From: a virus
Length of the DNA: 64,000 nt
Reading direction: 5' to 3' (one strand)
Virus record (IMG/VR): IMGVR_UViG_3300023110_000006
Shown: positions 29,535 to 39,669 of the stretch, piece after piece
How positions within the stretch are numbered: position 1 is the stretch's first letter
How the letters are laid out: each line of letters starts with the position of its first letter
Notes under the pieces: model-generated
Seen by the model: only the letters and a program-made list of their open reading frames with translations
Databases searched by the model: none
Told to the model about the DNA's origin: nothing
Program-made: the position numbers and the translations under genes

Positions 29535-30349
29535 AACATCATCTAGCAATAGATGAAAATGATCAAATATTAAAATGTTGGACCAAGGGCATTGGTGCAA
29601 CTTACATACACGATTGGAAACAACTGAAAGAATATGATACCAATTTACCAGTAAGTTTTAGAGGTATGACTGGTAGAAAAATTGTTGCTGAATGTGAAAG
29701 AACAGGCCGAGATTATTTTTATATTGATACTGGATATTTAGGTAATAGACAAAAAAGAAAAGTATTTCATAGAGTAGTAAAAAATGGTATGCAACACAGT
29801 AACTTTAAAAACTTGCCAAATGATAGATGGAGAGAACTGTCTGGTAGAGCTAGAGATTTTAGCTACGCATTTAGAGGCTGGACTAAATCAAAAAATCAAG
29901 GAAGGAATATTTTACTAGTAACACCTTCCGAAAAGCCTTGTAAATTTTATGGAATCAACAGAGATGACTGGGTAAAAGAAACAACAGAACTAATAAAAAA
30001 ATATACTGACAAAGAAATAATTGTTAGAGATAAAGGACTACGTCATCAAAGAATAGGTGACGGAAGCATCTTTAATCAGTTTGATGAAGATAAAATTTTT
30101 GCTGTAGTAACATACAACAGTATTGCGGCAACTGAAGCTATTATGTATGGTGTACCAGCATTTACAACTGCTCCAGGTGCGGCTGATATGCTATGTGAAA
30201 AAGACCTTAGTAAATTAGAAACACCTAAGTATAGCGACCCGCAACTTGTGCAAAATTGGTTACACTGGTTATGTTACTGTCAGTTTACAACTGATGAACT
30301 TGTAAATGGAGAAGCATACAGAATTATACAGGAGCACGACATACGATGA
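29516..30349 (+). CDS. KpsC/KpsS-like glycosyltransferase paralog
   Basis: YIDTGY, VTYNSIAATEAIMYGVP, WLHWLCYCQF...E...G. Confidence 0.5.
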   Translation: MHDGSVKHHLAIDENDQILKCWTKGIGATYIHDWKQLKEYDTNLPVSFRGMTGRKIVAECERTGRDYFYIDTGYLGNRQKRKVFHRVVKNGMQHSNFKNLPNDRWRELSGRARDFSYAFRGWTKSKNQGRNILLVTPSEKPCKFYGINRDDWVKETTELIKKYTDKEIIVRDKGLRHQRIGDGSIFNQFDEDKIFAVVTYNSIAATEAIMYGVPAFTTAPGAADMLCEKDLSKLETPKYSDPQLVQNWLHWLCYCQFTTDELVNGEAYRIIQEHDIR

Positions 30350-31287
30350 ATGGATTAACTGTTGCTTCATACTTAATGGGTATTCCTCCAGGAAATACCA
30401 ATCCTGAAAAACCTAGAATTATAAATGATTTTATTAAAGGTGTAAATGCATGTGGAGACAGAGGTGCAGTAGTAACGGGCTGGCATCCTATGAATACTGA
30501 TGTAGCAGTAATACAAGGATTTGTTCATGCAAACAGTAAAAACACAAGACACTTACGGTTAAGAAAACAAGTATACGAAAATCAAATCCTTAGAAATAAA
30601 AGATGTGTAATTGTAGATAGTAATTTGTTTTTAAGTTTTGATCCAGGTAATACAAAAACATATTTACGGTATAGCTTTGATGGAGTATTTCCAACTACTG
30701 GTGAATATTGTTATGATAATCCTAACCCTTACAGGTGGGAAAAACTTAGTAAAGATTTGAACATAAAAGTTAAACCTTGGCGAAAACCCGACGGTGGTAC
30801 AATACTTTTATGTTGCCAAAGAGACGGTGGTTGGAGTATGGATTCAGAGCCTGTTGTAAGTTGGATTGTACAAACAGTTACTCAAGTAAGACATTATACT
30901 GACAAACAAATTGTAGTTAGATTTCATCCTGGAGATAAAAATGTAAGAAATCATATAAGACATCTTGCAAGATATAAAATTGGAAATTTAAGAATAAGCA
31001 ATAGTGAAAATATCTTCACTGATTTTGCAACCGCTTGTGCAGTAGTAAACCATAATAGTAGTCCTGCCGTTGCAAGTGTTATCGAAGGCATACCTACATT
31101 CCAAACAGATGTAGAAAGAAGCCAGGCTAAAGATGTTGTACATAGTGATATGAAATATATTAACGAACCAAAAGAATTTGAAAGAGAAGGTTGGCTACAT
31201 AAACTTGCACAATGCCACTGGACTCTTGACGAAGTAGCCGCAGGCGAAGCATGGCGTCACATGCGTAAATGGGCAGTAAAGGAATAA
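30346..31287 (+). CDS. KpsC/KpsS-like glycosyltransferase paralog
   Basis: LCCQRD, VVRFHP, HNSSPAVASVIEGIP, WLHKLAQCHW..DE...G.AW. Confidence 0.55.
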   Translation: MNGLTVASYLMGIPPGNTNPEKPRIINDFIKGVNACGDRGAVVTGWHPMNTDVAVIQGFVHANSKNTRHLRLRKQVYENQILRNKRCVIVDSNLFLSFDPGNTKTYLRYSFDGVFPTTGEYCYDNPNPYRWEKLSKDLNIKVKPWRKPDGGTILLCCQRDGGWSMDSEPVVSWIVQTVTQVRHYTDKQIVVRFHPGDKNVRNHIRHLARYKIGNLRISNSENIFTDFATACAVVNHNSSPAVASVIEGIPTFQTDVERSQAKDVVHSDMKYINEPKEFEREGWLHKLAQCHWTLDEVAAGEAWRHMRKWAVKE

Positions 31288-31288
31288 C

Positions 31289-32134
31289 ATGAATATTGTA
31301 GCTTTAACAACATTTAATAACGAAGGACTTTTTACATACGGCCAGAGATTAATAGACAGTTGGGCAAAAAATGTAGATCCAAAAATTAAACTGCTAGTCT
31401 ATGCAGAGGATTGTGTGCCTACAATCCCTGAAGGAGCAAATATACAAATTTTAAATGCAGATGCTTTACCAGAAAAGAAAGCATTTATTGAACGCTGGAA
31501 AAATGAACCAAAAGCGACTGGTACACCTCCACCTGAAATAAAACGCAGACGTCCAAGAGATTGGCATAAAGAATTTAAATGGGACGCTATTAGATTTTCA
31601 CATAAAGTTTATGCAGTATTTGACGCTTACGAAAACGAACCAGCTGATTGGATAGTATGGGTTGACGGAGATACATACGTTCATAGTGCTTGGAGTCATG
31701 AAAACTTTGCAAAATTACTACCAAAAGAAAGTTGGATCACTTATGTAGGCAGAGGAGCAGGATCTCAAACTTGGCCCGAATGTGGATTTTATGGTTTGAA
31801 TAAAAACGACAAACAGTGTGTAAACTTCATAAAAGAATTTAAAGATTATTATAATAATGCAGAGACTGGAATATTTACATTAGAAGAATGGCATGATAGT
31901 TATGTATTTGGTCATATCTTAATGAAACATAAAAATTATAATCCAAGGGCATTAGATTATAGCGCATCAATATATGTAAAAACTGCAAAGACAGGCGGTG
32001 GAGGTCATCCACTCATTAACACTGAACTAGGTAGATATATTGATCATATGAAAGGTGATCGTAAGTATACAGGTCATAGTAAGAAAAAAGATTTAATGAC
32101 AGAAAGATCAGAAGCATATTGGAATGAAATTTAA
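31289..32134 (+). CDS. Putative GT-A glycosyltransferase
   Basis: RFSHK, VWVDGD, PECGF, EWHDSYVF, DHMKG. Confidence 0.65.
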   Translation: MNIVALTTFNNEGLFTYGQRLIDSWAKNVDPKIKLLVYAEDCVPTIPEGANIQILNADALPEKKAFIERWKNEPKATGTPPPEIKRRRPRDWHKEFKWDAIRFSHKVYAVFDAYENEPADWIVWVDGDTYVHSAWSHENFAKLLPKESWITYVGRGAGSQTWPECGFYGLNKNDKQCVNFIKEFKDYYNNAETGIFTLEEWHDSYVFGHILMKHKNYNPRALDYSASIYVKTAKTGGGGHPLINTELGRYIDHMKGDRKYTGHSKKKDLMTERSEAYWNEI

Positions 32135-32975
32135 CTTATGGACTCAGTATGGCGCACAAAATTCTAAACCTGTTTTTGACGCCTTTCGTAATGGTGCTTT
32201 GGCTCTCGGTCATGATGTTGTCACTAATAGTAATGATGGTATTGATGTTATTTGGAGTGTACTTTTTAACGGTCGTATGGGTCCAAACCGTACTATCTGG
32301 GAAAGGTGTCAAAAAGAAAATAGAGCCTGTATTGTTCTCGAAGTCGGAGGTATTAGACGTGGATCAACTTGGAAGGTAGCTCTTAATGGAATTAATCGTG
32401 ATGCTTATTTTGGTCCCGTTAATAATAACTCTGATCGCGCTGATAATCTTGGGTTACTTTTAAAGCCATGGCGAGAACAAGGAAATCATATACTAATTTG
32501 CGGACAACATGAAAGAAGTTTGCAATGGCAAGACATGCCAAGAATGAGTACTTGGGTAATGCAAACCATAGATAAAATACAACAGCATACTGATCGTCCT
32601 ATTGTATTCCGTCCACATCCAAGGTGTAGATTAGAAGCTATAGAACACCAATACAAGAATGTTTCTCGGCAAGAACCTAAGCATATTAATGGTACATATG
32701 ATGATTTTGATATGGGATTTAATAATGCTTGGGCAACAATAAGTTGGAGTAGTAATCCAGGTATACACAGTATACTTGAAGGTGTGCCTGCATTTGTAAG
32801 TCCGCATAGTTTAGCATATGATGCCGCAAATGATATTGATTTCTTACACGATATAGAAAATCCTTTGACACCTGATAGACAACAATGGTTAAATGACTAT
32901 GCATGGACAGAATTTACTGTTGAAGAAATTTCTCAAGGTTTACCACTTAACCTCTTGACATCTAAGTTAAATTAA
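32124..32975 (+). CDS. KpsC/KpsS-like glycosyltransferase paralog
   Basis: ICGQ, VFRPHP, WSSNPGIHSILEGVP, RQQWLNDYAWTEF..EE...G. Confidence 0.55.
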   Translation: MKFNLWTQYGAQNSKPVFDAFRNGALALGHDVVTNSNDGIDVIWSVLFNGRMGPNRTIWERCQKENRACIVLEVGGIRRGSTWKVALNGINRDAYFGPVNNNSDRADNLGLLLKPWREQGNHILICGQHERSLQWQDMPRMSTWVMQTIDKIQQHTDRPIVFRPHPRCRLEAIEHQYKNVSRQEPKHINGTYDDFDMGFNNAWATISWSSNPGIHSILEGVPAFVSPHSLAYDAANDIDFLHDIENPLTPDRQQWLNDYAWTEFTVEEISQGLPLNLLTSKLN

Positions 32976-32989
32976 GTTATACTACAAAC
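32955..32989 (+). promoter_or_regulatory. Sigma70-type promoter, leaderless start at ATG 32990
   Basis: TTGACA-17 nt-TATACT-6 nt-ATG. Confidence 0.75.
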
Positions 32990-34213
32990 ATGGAATTAAA
33001 AAATATAGAAGATTGCCTTGAGGCATTAGCAGGATTTACTTTACCTTATAAGATCGAAATCGAGTCTGTTGATCAAACAATCTTATATAGTATTGCAAAA
33101 CAAGTGTTTAGAGGTAAAGCTCTTACTGATAGGCAACTAGACGTTTGTCAGAAGAAATTATTATATTATCAACAGCAATTTATTGATCAGGGTGTCGATG
33201 ATTTACCTTCACTAATTAAAGTTTTACGACAACCTCTGCGAGAAATTGATCGTAGTAAATATGTTGTAATCGAAGATGATAAGATCAAAATTAGATTTCC
33301 CTTCAATAAAAAGACTATCATAGACATTGAACAAATTGCTTTCAAACACAGGAAAGAATATTCACATACTAAAGGTACGCATGAACATTTTTTTAAAATT
33401 AATGAAGGCACAATTTATTCAGTAGTAGAGAAATTTAGAAATAAAGAATATGAAATTGATGAAGAGCTTGTAGATAGTTTTAATAAAATTGATGAAATAA
33501 AAAATAATCCTAGTTTATATGTGCCTGGAATATACAACCTACAGTTTAAAAATGTATCAGATAAATTAATAGAATCTATTACAGATCACGTAGGTGAACT
33601 TACACAAGACAATCTTGCGTTGTTTAGAGATAGATCAATTCTATATGGTTTAGATTATTTCGATCCTAACGTATTAGATAGTATCAAACAGTTTACACCT
33701 CTATCACAAAACATAATCAAAAGAAAAAATCCAAATGTTTTTGTAAGCAAAAACAAATGGACACTTGATAATGTTTTTTATAGTATAAAAGAATTAAATA
33801 GGTTCCCTATACTAATAGTGTTAGGTAATGATGCATATGATGAATTAGTTACTTGCAATAACATTACCAGAAATTTTGTAGACAGAAATAAAATTAGTGT
33901 TATGTTTAGGCTTGATAATAAAGATAACAAAAATTTTAATGATTATATTAAAAAGAATGGTTTAAATAATTCGGTTGCAAAAGATACAGAAATAGTGTAT
34001 ATTAGTAGTAATAAAAAATATCCAAAGCCGTTGATGTCAAGCGATTGGCGGTTTAAGTCGTGTTTGTATTTACAAAGTCAGTATAACAGTCATAAGATTG
34101 ATTCTATTACTAACGAATCTGATTTAGAAATACATTACGACACTGTGCCTTCACAGTACGGAACTTTCCGTCACAGTAGATCGCGCAGACATTTGATGAT
34201 AGAAGAGATGTAA
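32990..34213 (+). CDS. Hypothetical protein upstream of uvsW
   Basis: 407-aa ORF with its own promoter; LTDRQ motif; no family recognised. Confidence 0.6.
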   Translation: MELKNIEDCLEALAGFTLPYKIEIESVDQTILYSIAKQVFRGKALTDRQLDVCQKKLLYYQQQFIDQGVDDLPSLIKVLRQPLREIDRSKYVVIEDDKIKIRFPFNKKTIIDIEQIAFKHRKEYSHTKGTHEHFFKINEGTIYSVVEKFRNKEYEIDEELVDSFNKIDEIKNNPSLYVPGIYNLQFKNVSDKLIESITDHVGELTQDNLALFRDRSILYGLDYFDPNVLDSIKQFTPLSQNIIKRKNPNVFVSKNKWTLDNVFYSIKELNRFPILIVLGNDAYDELVTCNNITRNFVDRNKISVMFRLDNKDNKNFNDYIKKNGLNNSVAKDTEIVYISSNKKYPKPLMSSDWRFKSCLYLQSQYNSHKIDSITNESDLEIHYDTVPSQYGTFRHSRSRRHLMIEEM

Positions 34214-35670
34214 TGGCAAGTTGTAAATTAATTATCGAAGACGAAGTGAACATAAAGATAGAAGGACTTGAAGTAGATGTACGCAGGAAGCTCTCTAACG
34301 CTCTTAAGTTTGAAGTGCCATACGCTAGATACATGCCACAATATAAGTTGGGAAGATGGGATGGTAAGGTTGCTTTCTTTGGTATTGGCGGCACAGGCTA
34401 CGTTAATCATCTTAATGTTATTACTGATGTACTGGCAAAAAATAATGTACAAATAGTAGATATTGAAGACAGACGACATACAATCAAATTAGATTTTCAA
34501 ATTATTAGTGAAGATTTCTGGGGTACAAAAACCTGGCCAAAAGGTCACCCTGCCGAAGGCGAACCAATACGTTTGCGGGATTATCAAGTTGAGGTAATAA
34601 ACAACTTCTTGGAAAATCCACAATCATTACAAGAAGTGGCTACAGGCGCGGGCAAGACTATTATAACAGCTACACTGAGTAAGATCACAGAACCATATGG
34701 ACGTAGTCTAGTAATTGTTCCTAATAAAAGTTTAGTAACACAAACTGAGGAAGATTATATAAACTGTGGACTTGATGTGGGCGTATATTTTGGCGACAGA
34801 AAAGAACTAGGCAAGACTCATACTATTTGTACATGGCAAAGTTTAAATATTTTAGATAAAAAGTTTAAAGATGGCAGTGCAGTATTAGGTCTTGCCGAGT
34901 TTCTAGATGGTGTAAGCACAGTAATTATCGACGAAGTGCATCAAGCAAAAGCAGAAGTTTTAAAAACATTACTTACACGGAATCTAAAAAATGCTCCAAT
35001 ACGTTGGGGACTAACTGGTACTATACCTAAAGAACGTTTTGAATTTGAAAGTATACATGCAAGCATTGGGCCTGTTATAGGACAAGTGAGTGCAAAAGAA
35101 CTACAAGACAAAGGTGTGCTATCACAATGTCATGTAAATGTAGTACAGCTATTAGATACAGTAGCACACAGAGACTACCAATCAGAATTAAAATATCTTG
35201 TAACAAATGAAGATAGAATAAAATACATAGCATCATTATTAAACAAAGTAAAACAATCAGGCAATACACTAATACTTGTAGATAGAATATCAGCAGGCGA
35301 AAAACTTCAAGAACTTATCCCAGGCAGTACATTTGTAAAAGGCGATGTTAAATTAAAAGATAGAAAGGAAGCGTATGACGAAATTAACGAAGGAACAAAT
35401 CACGTGGTCATTGCTACGTATGGTGTCGCCGCTGTTGGCATTAATATTCCTCGCATTTTTAATCTTGTCCTCATTGAACCTGGTAAATCTTTTGTAAGAG
35501 TAATCCAGTCAATAGGCAGAGGCGTCAGAAAGGCAAAGGACAAAGACTTCGTTCAAATATGGGATCTTACAAGCACTTGTAAGTTTGCGAAGCGGCACCT
35601 TACTCAACGTAAAAAGTTTTACAAAGAGGCGCAGTACCCATTCACAATAGAAAAAGTAGAATGGAACTAG
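34213..35670 (+). CDS. uvsW: SF2 DNA helicase UvsW
   Basis: GRWDG, LRDYQ, ATGAGKT, IIDEVH, GLTGT, QSIGRGVR. Confidence 0.92.
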   Translation: MASCKLIIEDEVNIKIEGLEVDVRRKLSNALKFEVPYARYMPQYKLGRWDGKVAFFGIGGTGYVNHLNVITDVLAKNNVQIVDIEDRRHTIKLDFQIISEDFWGTKTWPKGHPAEGEPIRLRDYQVEVINNFLENPQSLQEVATGAGKTIITATLSKITEPYGRSLVIVPNKSLVTQTEEDYINCGLDVGVYFGDRKELGKTHTICTWQSLNILDKKFKDGSAVLGLAEFLDGVSTVIIDEVHQAKAEVLKTLLTRNLKNAPIRWGLTGTIPKERFEFESIHASIGPVIGQVSAKELQDKGVLSQCHVNVVQLLDTVAHRDYQSELKYLVTNEDRIKYIASLLNKVKQSGNTLILVDRISAGEKLQELIPGSTFVKGDVKLKDRKEAYDEINEGTNHVVIATYGVAAVGINIPRIFNLVLIEPGKSFVRVIQSIGRGVRKAKDKDFVQIWDLTSTCKFAKRHLTQRKKFYKEAQYPFTIEKVEWN

Positions 35671-35671
35671 T

Positions 35672-36178
35672 ATGAGAATATTAACTTTAGAGAATACATG
35701 TTATGATCTAAAAAATTTACCAGAGCAGTTAGAAGAAGATATAAGATTTAGTGTATTAGATAATTCAGATCCAAAAAATCCAGATTTCTTTTATGTACCG
35801 TTAATTTTTTTAGAATCGTTCAGTGCACCAGCAATGGTTTTAGATATAAAGGGACATGAAATAACAATGCCTTTAGATTGGTGTGTAGCAGTTGGAGATA
35901 GAGAAGCATATAATGATTTGGAAGTATTACCTTTAACAAGTTTAAATGATAGGGGCTTTCAAGCATTTTTATTCAATCCATTAACTAGCTATGCTCCGGA
36001 CTTTGGTGAAATAAAAATTACACATTTCTATAATGATGTTAAATGGTATTTTCCAAAAATGAAAAACGGACAGTTACTTAGTGTACCTATCACAGATGGA
36101 CCAAATCCTAAATGTGCATTTTTTGTAAAAGACATTTCGCGTCAAAGTGAAATTATAGAATACAGTCAGCTAATATAG
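35672..36178 (+). CDS. Hypothetical protein
   Basis: 168-aa ORF coupled to uvsW. Confidence 0.6.
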   Translation: MRILTLENTCYDLKNLPEQLEEDIRFSVLDNSDPKNPDFFYVPLIFLESFSAPAMVLDIKGHEITMPLDWCVAVGDREAYNDLEVLPLTSLNDRGFQAFLFNPLTSYAPDFGEIKITHFYNDVKWYFPKMKNGQLLSVPITDGPNPKCAFFVKDISRQSEIIEYSQLI

Positions 36179-36187
36179 GAGACTAAA

Positions 36188-36541
36188 ATGAAAGCAGGCA
36201 AGATATGGGGACAGACAGAACTTATCCATGCAAATGGAGTACTAGAGTTCCATCGTATTGAATTCAAAAAAGGATTCAAATGTAGTGAACATGAACACAA
36301 GTATAAATGGAATGGCTTTTTTGTAGAGTCAGGTAAGATGCTTGTACGTGTTTGGCAAACAGCAGATCAAGATGGTTTAGTAGACGAAACTATTCTTGAA
36401 GCAGGTGACTTTACACAAGTTAAACCAGGCTTAGTGCATCAGTTCGAAGGACTAGAAAATGGTGTTGCATTTGAGCTTTATTGGGCTGAATTTAACCATA
36501 ATGACATAGTTAGGCGTACAGTTGGAACAAAAACTTCTTGA
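36188..36541 (+). CDS. Cupin-domain protein
   Basis: GKIWG, CSEHEH..KWNGFFVESG, PGLVHQF. Confidence 0.75.
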   Translation: MKAGKIWGQTELIHANGVLEFHRIEFKKGFKCSEHEHKYKWNGFFVESGKMLVRVWQTADQDGLVDETILEAGDFTQVKPGLVHQFEGLENGVAFELYWAEFNHNDIVRRTVGTKTS

Positions 36542-36607
36542 CATTAACCTAAATATGTTGTATATTATAATGAACGACATCCACGTCGATAACTCGGAGA
36601 AACAAAT
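36538..36607 (+). promoter_or_regulatory. Sigma70 promoter and short hairpin-containing leader of folE
   Basis: TTGACA-17 nt-TATATT; leader CGAC-ATCCAC-GTCG hairpin followed by GGAGA RBS. Confidence 0.55.
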
Positions 36608-37294
36608 ATGAGCAAAAGTTTACAACTAAGAACACGCCTTGAAGAAGAAGGTATTCGCTATTGGGCAGGAGACAATATCTCTTATGTTATGCAAAAAGGC
36701 GATAAAGAAGAACTAATTGAAGAAGCAACTAAAGCATTTGAAAATGTACTAGACTGTTTAGTTATAGATCGTAAGAATGATCCTAATTCACAAGACACTG
36801 CAAGACGTCTAGCAAAAATGTATTTTAATGAAATTATGAGTGGTAGATATGATGTACGTCCTAATGCTACTGCATTTCCAAATGTTACAAACGATCCTTA
36901 TAAAGGAATGTTAGTTGTAAGAAGCGAACTCAAATCAATGTGTTCGCATCATCATCAACCAGTTAGCGGTGTAGCTTATATAGGTATTATTGCGGCAGAT
37001 ACTTTAATTGGATTAAGCAAGTATACACGTTTAGCACAATGGTGTGCAAGACGTGGTACACTACAAGAAGAACTTGCTATGGACATTGCACGAGAAATCA
37101 TGCAAGCTACAGGTTCGGAAAATGTAGGTGTATATATCCAAGCAACACACGGTTGTTGTGAAAACCGTGGAATAGGCGCACACTCAAGTTTAACGCAGAC
37201 TACTGTGTTAAAAGGTGCATTCGCAGACGATGCAGGAACAAAAAAAGAGTTTATGGATAACATTAAACTCCAGCAACAGTTTGCACCTAAATAA
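36608..37294 (+). CDS. folE: GTP cyclohydrolase I
   Basis: TARRLAKMY, SMCSHHH, GLSKY, LQEEL, HGCCENRG. Confidence 0.95.
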   Translation: MSKSLQLRTRLEEEGIRYWAGDNISYVMQKGDKEELIEEATKAFENVLDCLVIDRKNDPNSQDTARRLAKMYFNEIMSGRYDVRPNATAFPNVTNDPYKGMLVVRSELKSMCSHHHQPVSGVAYIGIIAADTLIGLSKYTRLAQWCARRGTLQEELAMDIAREIMQATGSENVGVYIQATHGCCENRGIGAHSSLTQTTVLKGAFADDAGTKKEFMDNIKLQQQFAPK

Positions 37295-37314
37295 AACCAA
37301 AGGGAGAATAAAAT

Positions 37315-37986
37315 ATGTTCCAAAAACTTTTAGACGGTGTTGATAAGACACTTGTTCGCAATTTAGTAATTTTACATACGCTTGTAATTGCTGTGTCAAA
37401 TTACTTAGTAACAATTAGATTTAATGTGTTTCCTGGCGCAGACTTACCATTGTTTGGTGAGTTTCCACTTGCGGCGGCCGCATTTACATTTCCGATTGTT
37501 GTAGTTGCAACTGACTTAACTGTACGTTTAGTTGGTAAGGAAGCAGGTCGTGCTGTAGTAGCTATGGCTATTATTCCTGCGATTATTGCTTCAGTACTTG
37601 TACTACTAGCACTAGGCGATGAACATGCTTACAGAGTAGGTATTGCTTCAGGTGTTGCTTATGCAATTGGTACAATGCTTGATGTATATGTATTTCAACA
37701 CATTAGAGAAAAGTATACGGAAGCATGGTGGGCGGCACCAGCAATTTCAACTATTGCCGCAAATATCATCGATACTTACGCATTCTTTTACACAGCGTTT
37801 TACCCAGCACCTTGGGTACACGGTGTAGCATTTAATAACACATTAACTAAAATTGTTGTAGGTTTAATTGTATTCCTTCCAGCATACGGTGTGTTACTTG
37901 CCACATTAAAAAATAAGTTTGGTGTTGATGCTTTAGTCTTAAAAGATGAAGTTAAACCTAAACGTGGTAGGAAAAAGAAAGCATAG
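37315..37986 (+). CDS. yhhQ: Queuosine-precursor (preQ0/preQ1) transporter, VUT/YhhQ family
   Basis: Multi-TM; SNYLV, AFTFP....TDLTVRL.G...R, RVGIAS..AY..G..LDVYVF, WW.AP..S, DT..F...AF. Confidence 0.85.
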   Translation: MFQKLLDGVDKTLVRNLVILHTLVIAVSNYLVTIRFNVFPGADLPLFGEFPLAAAAFTFPIVVVATDLTVRLVGKEAGRAVVAMAIIPAIIASVLVLLALGDEHAYRVGIASGVAYAIGTMLDVYVFQHIREKYTEAWWAAPAISTIAANIIDTYAFFYTAFYPAPWVHGVAFNNTLTKIVVGLIVFLPAYGVLLATLKNKFGVDALVLKDEVKPKRGRKKKA

Positions 37987-37989
37987 TTT

Positions 37990-38247
37990 ATGGGTAAGTT
38001 ATTGCCCAATGAACCCTTGATATACGAGCGTGCCAACGGTGTTGTGTACGCTCGTTATCGCGACAAACCTGAAATAGAACGTTGGATAATAGGCGGAGAC
38101 GCAGACGCAGTTCAAAAAGAACAAGGTTGTTTGTTTAGCTACAGTGACTGGCAAGATATGATGTTATTAGCAGACAAGCATGTAACTTTGAAAAAACAAA
38201 TGCAAAAGTTGTTAGACATATATTATATTGTAAAGGACGGAGAATGA
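37990..38247 (+). CDS. Hypothetical protein
   Basis: 85-aa ORF in operon, YERANGVVYAR motif. Confidence 0.55.
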   Translation: MGKLLPNEPLIYERANGVVYARYRDKPEIERWIIGGDADAVQKEQGCLFSYSDWQDMMLLADKHVTLKKQMQKLLDIYYIVKDGE

Positions 38248-39017
38248 GAATAATTGCAGGACCGTGTCAACACGAAACACTGGCACAAAGTTATGAAATT
38301 GCTAAAGAGTGTAAACGTGTATGCGATAAACACAATATAGAATATGTATTCAAAGCTAGTTTTGATAAAGCAAACAGAACAAATGTAAAGGGCAAACGTG
38401 GTGTTGGTTTAAAAAATACTATGATAGATTTTGCTATATTAAAAGACGAGCTGGGTGTACAAACTTTAACTGATGTACACAACCAAAATGAAATTTTAAA
38501 AATTGCGGCATATTACGAAGAATGTGTAGATGTTTTACAAATTCCTGCATTCTTGTGCAGACAAACAGATTTATTACAAGCCGCATGTAAAACAAATAAA
38601 ATAGTCAATATTAAAAAAGGACAGTTCCTTGCACCGTGGGATGTCAAAGGTATACTAAGTAAAACAGAAGGTGCAAAAGAAATTTGGATAACAGAGAGAG
38701 GAACAAGTTTTGGATATAATACTTTGGTCGTTGATTTCACTGGCTTGCAGTATCTGCTTGATACCTATAATGTTCCTGTTGTTTTTGATGTTACCCATTC
38801 GGTTCAAAAACCGGGAGGAATGGGCGATAGTAGCGGCGGTAACCGTGGGTATGTTCCTGGGATGGCTCGCTCTGCATCTGCACTTGGTATAAAAAACTTC
38901 TTCTTAGAAGTACATGCCGATCCGGACAATGCACCAAGTGACGGTCCTAACATGTTAAAACTACAAGACTTTGAAAGGGTAATCGATGACATCAACCGCT
39001 ATTCTTATTCCGGCTAG
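38244..39017 (+). CDS. kdsA: KDO 8-phosphate synthase
   Basis: IAGPC, KASFDKANRT, QIPAFLCRQTDL, KKGQF, ERG.SFGY, DVTHSVQ, SDGP. Confidence 0.96.
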   Translation: MRIIAGPCQHETLAQSYEIAKECKRVCDKHNIEYVFKASFDKANRTNVKGKRGVGLKNTMIDFAILKDELGVQTLTDVHNQNEILKIAAYYEECVDVLQIPAFLCRQTDLLQAACKTNKIVNIKKGQFLAPWDVKGILSKTEGAKEIWITERGTSFGYNTLVVDFTGLQYLLDTYNVPVVFDVTHSVQKPGGMGDSSGGNRGYVPGMARSASALGIKNFFLEVHADPDNAPSDGPNMLKLQDFERVIDDINRYSYSG

Positions 39018-39669
39018 ATACGGAAGCACACGATTTGAAGGTAAGCCATTAGTTGAGCTAGGTGGCGTACCAATGATAAAGCGTGTATACAACACATGTA
39101 AGTCAACTGGTATTGATACTTACGTTCTTACAGATGACCAACGCATTTATAATGTAATTGGACCAAATTGCTATTTAGATAATGAAGAATACGACAACGG
39201 TACTGAAAGATGTACAGGTGCAGTAAACAAATGGGATGTGCTTAAAGAGTACGATCAATTTGTAAATGTTCAAGGTGATATGCCAGATGTAACAGAACAA
39301 ATAATAAGCCGTTGTATTGAATGGCTCAAGCACTATCCTATAAGCACTGTGTACACTGAAATGCCAAAGGAAATGCAAAATGATCCTAACAGTGTTAAGA
39401 TGGTACGTGCAGGAGATCAAGCTCTTTGGTTTGGCAGAGGTATGACAGGCTACGGTGAATGGCATCTAGGCGTTTACGGGTATAAACGTAATCCGTTAGA
39501 ATTTTATGATACGTATGAAGTAGAACAAGAAGAACAAGTTGAAAAATTAGAACAGCTACGATGGTTAAAAAATGGTTGGCAAATAGGCTGTTCGAGTGTA
39601 TACTTTAATGGTGTAGAAATAAACGAACCAAAGGATGTTGATAAATGGCACAGCAAAAACTCCCAATAA
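38986..39669 (+). CDS. kdsB: CMP-KDO synthetase
   Basis: IPARYGSTRFEGKPL, GTER, NVQGD, HLGVYGY, EKLEQLRWL. Confidence 0.93.
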   Translation: MTSTAILIPARYGSTRFEGKPLVELGGVPMIKRVYNTCKSTGIDTYVLTDDQRIYNVIGPNCYLDNEEYDNGTERCTGAVNKWDVLKEYDQFVNVQGDMPDVTEQIISRCIEWLKHYPISTVYTEMPKEMQNDPNSVKMVRAGDQALWFGRGMTGYGEWHLGVYGYKRNPLEFYDTYEVEQEEQVEKLEQLRWLKNGWQIGCSSVYFNGVEINEPKDVDKWHSKNSQ

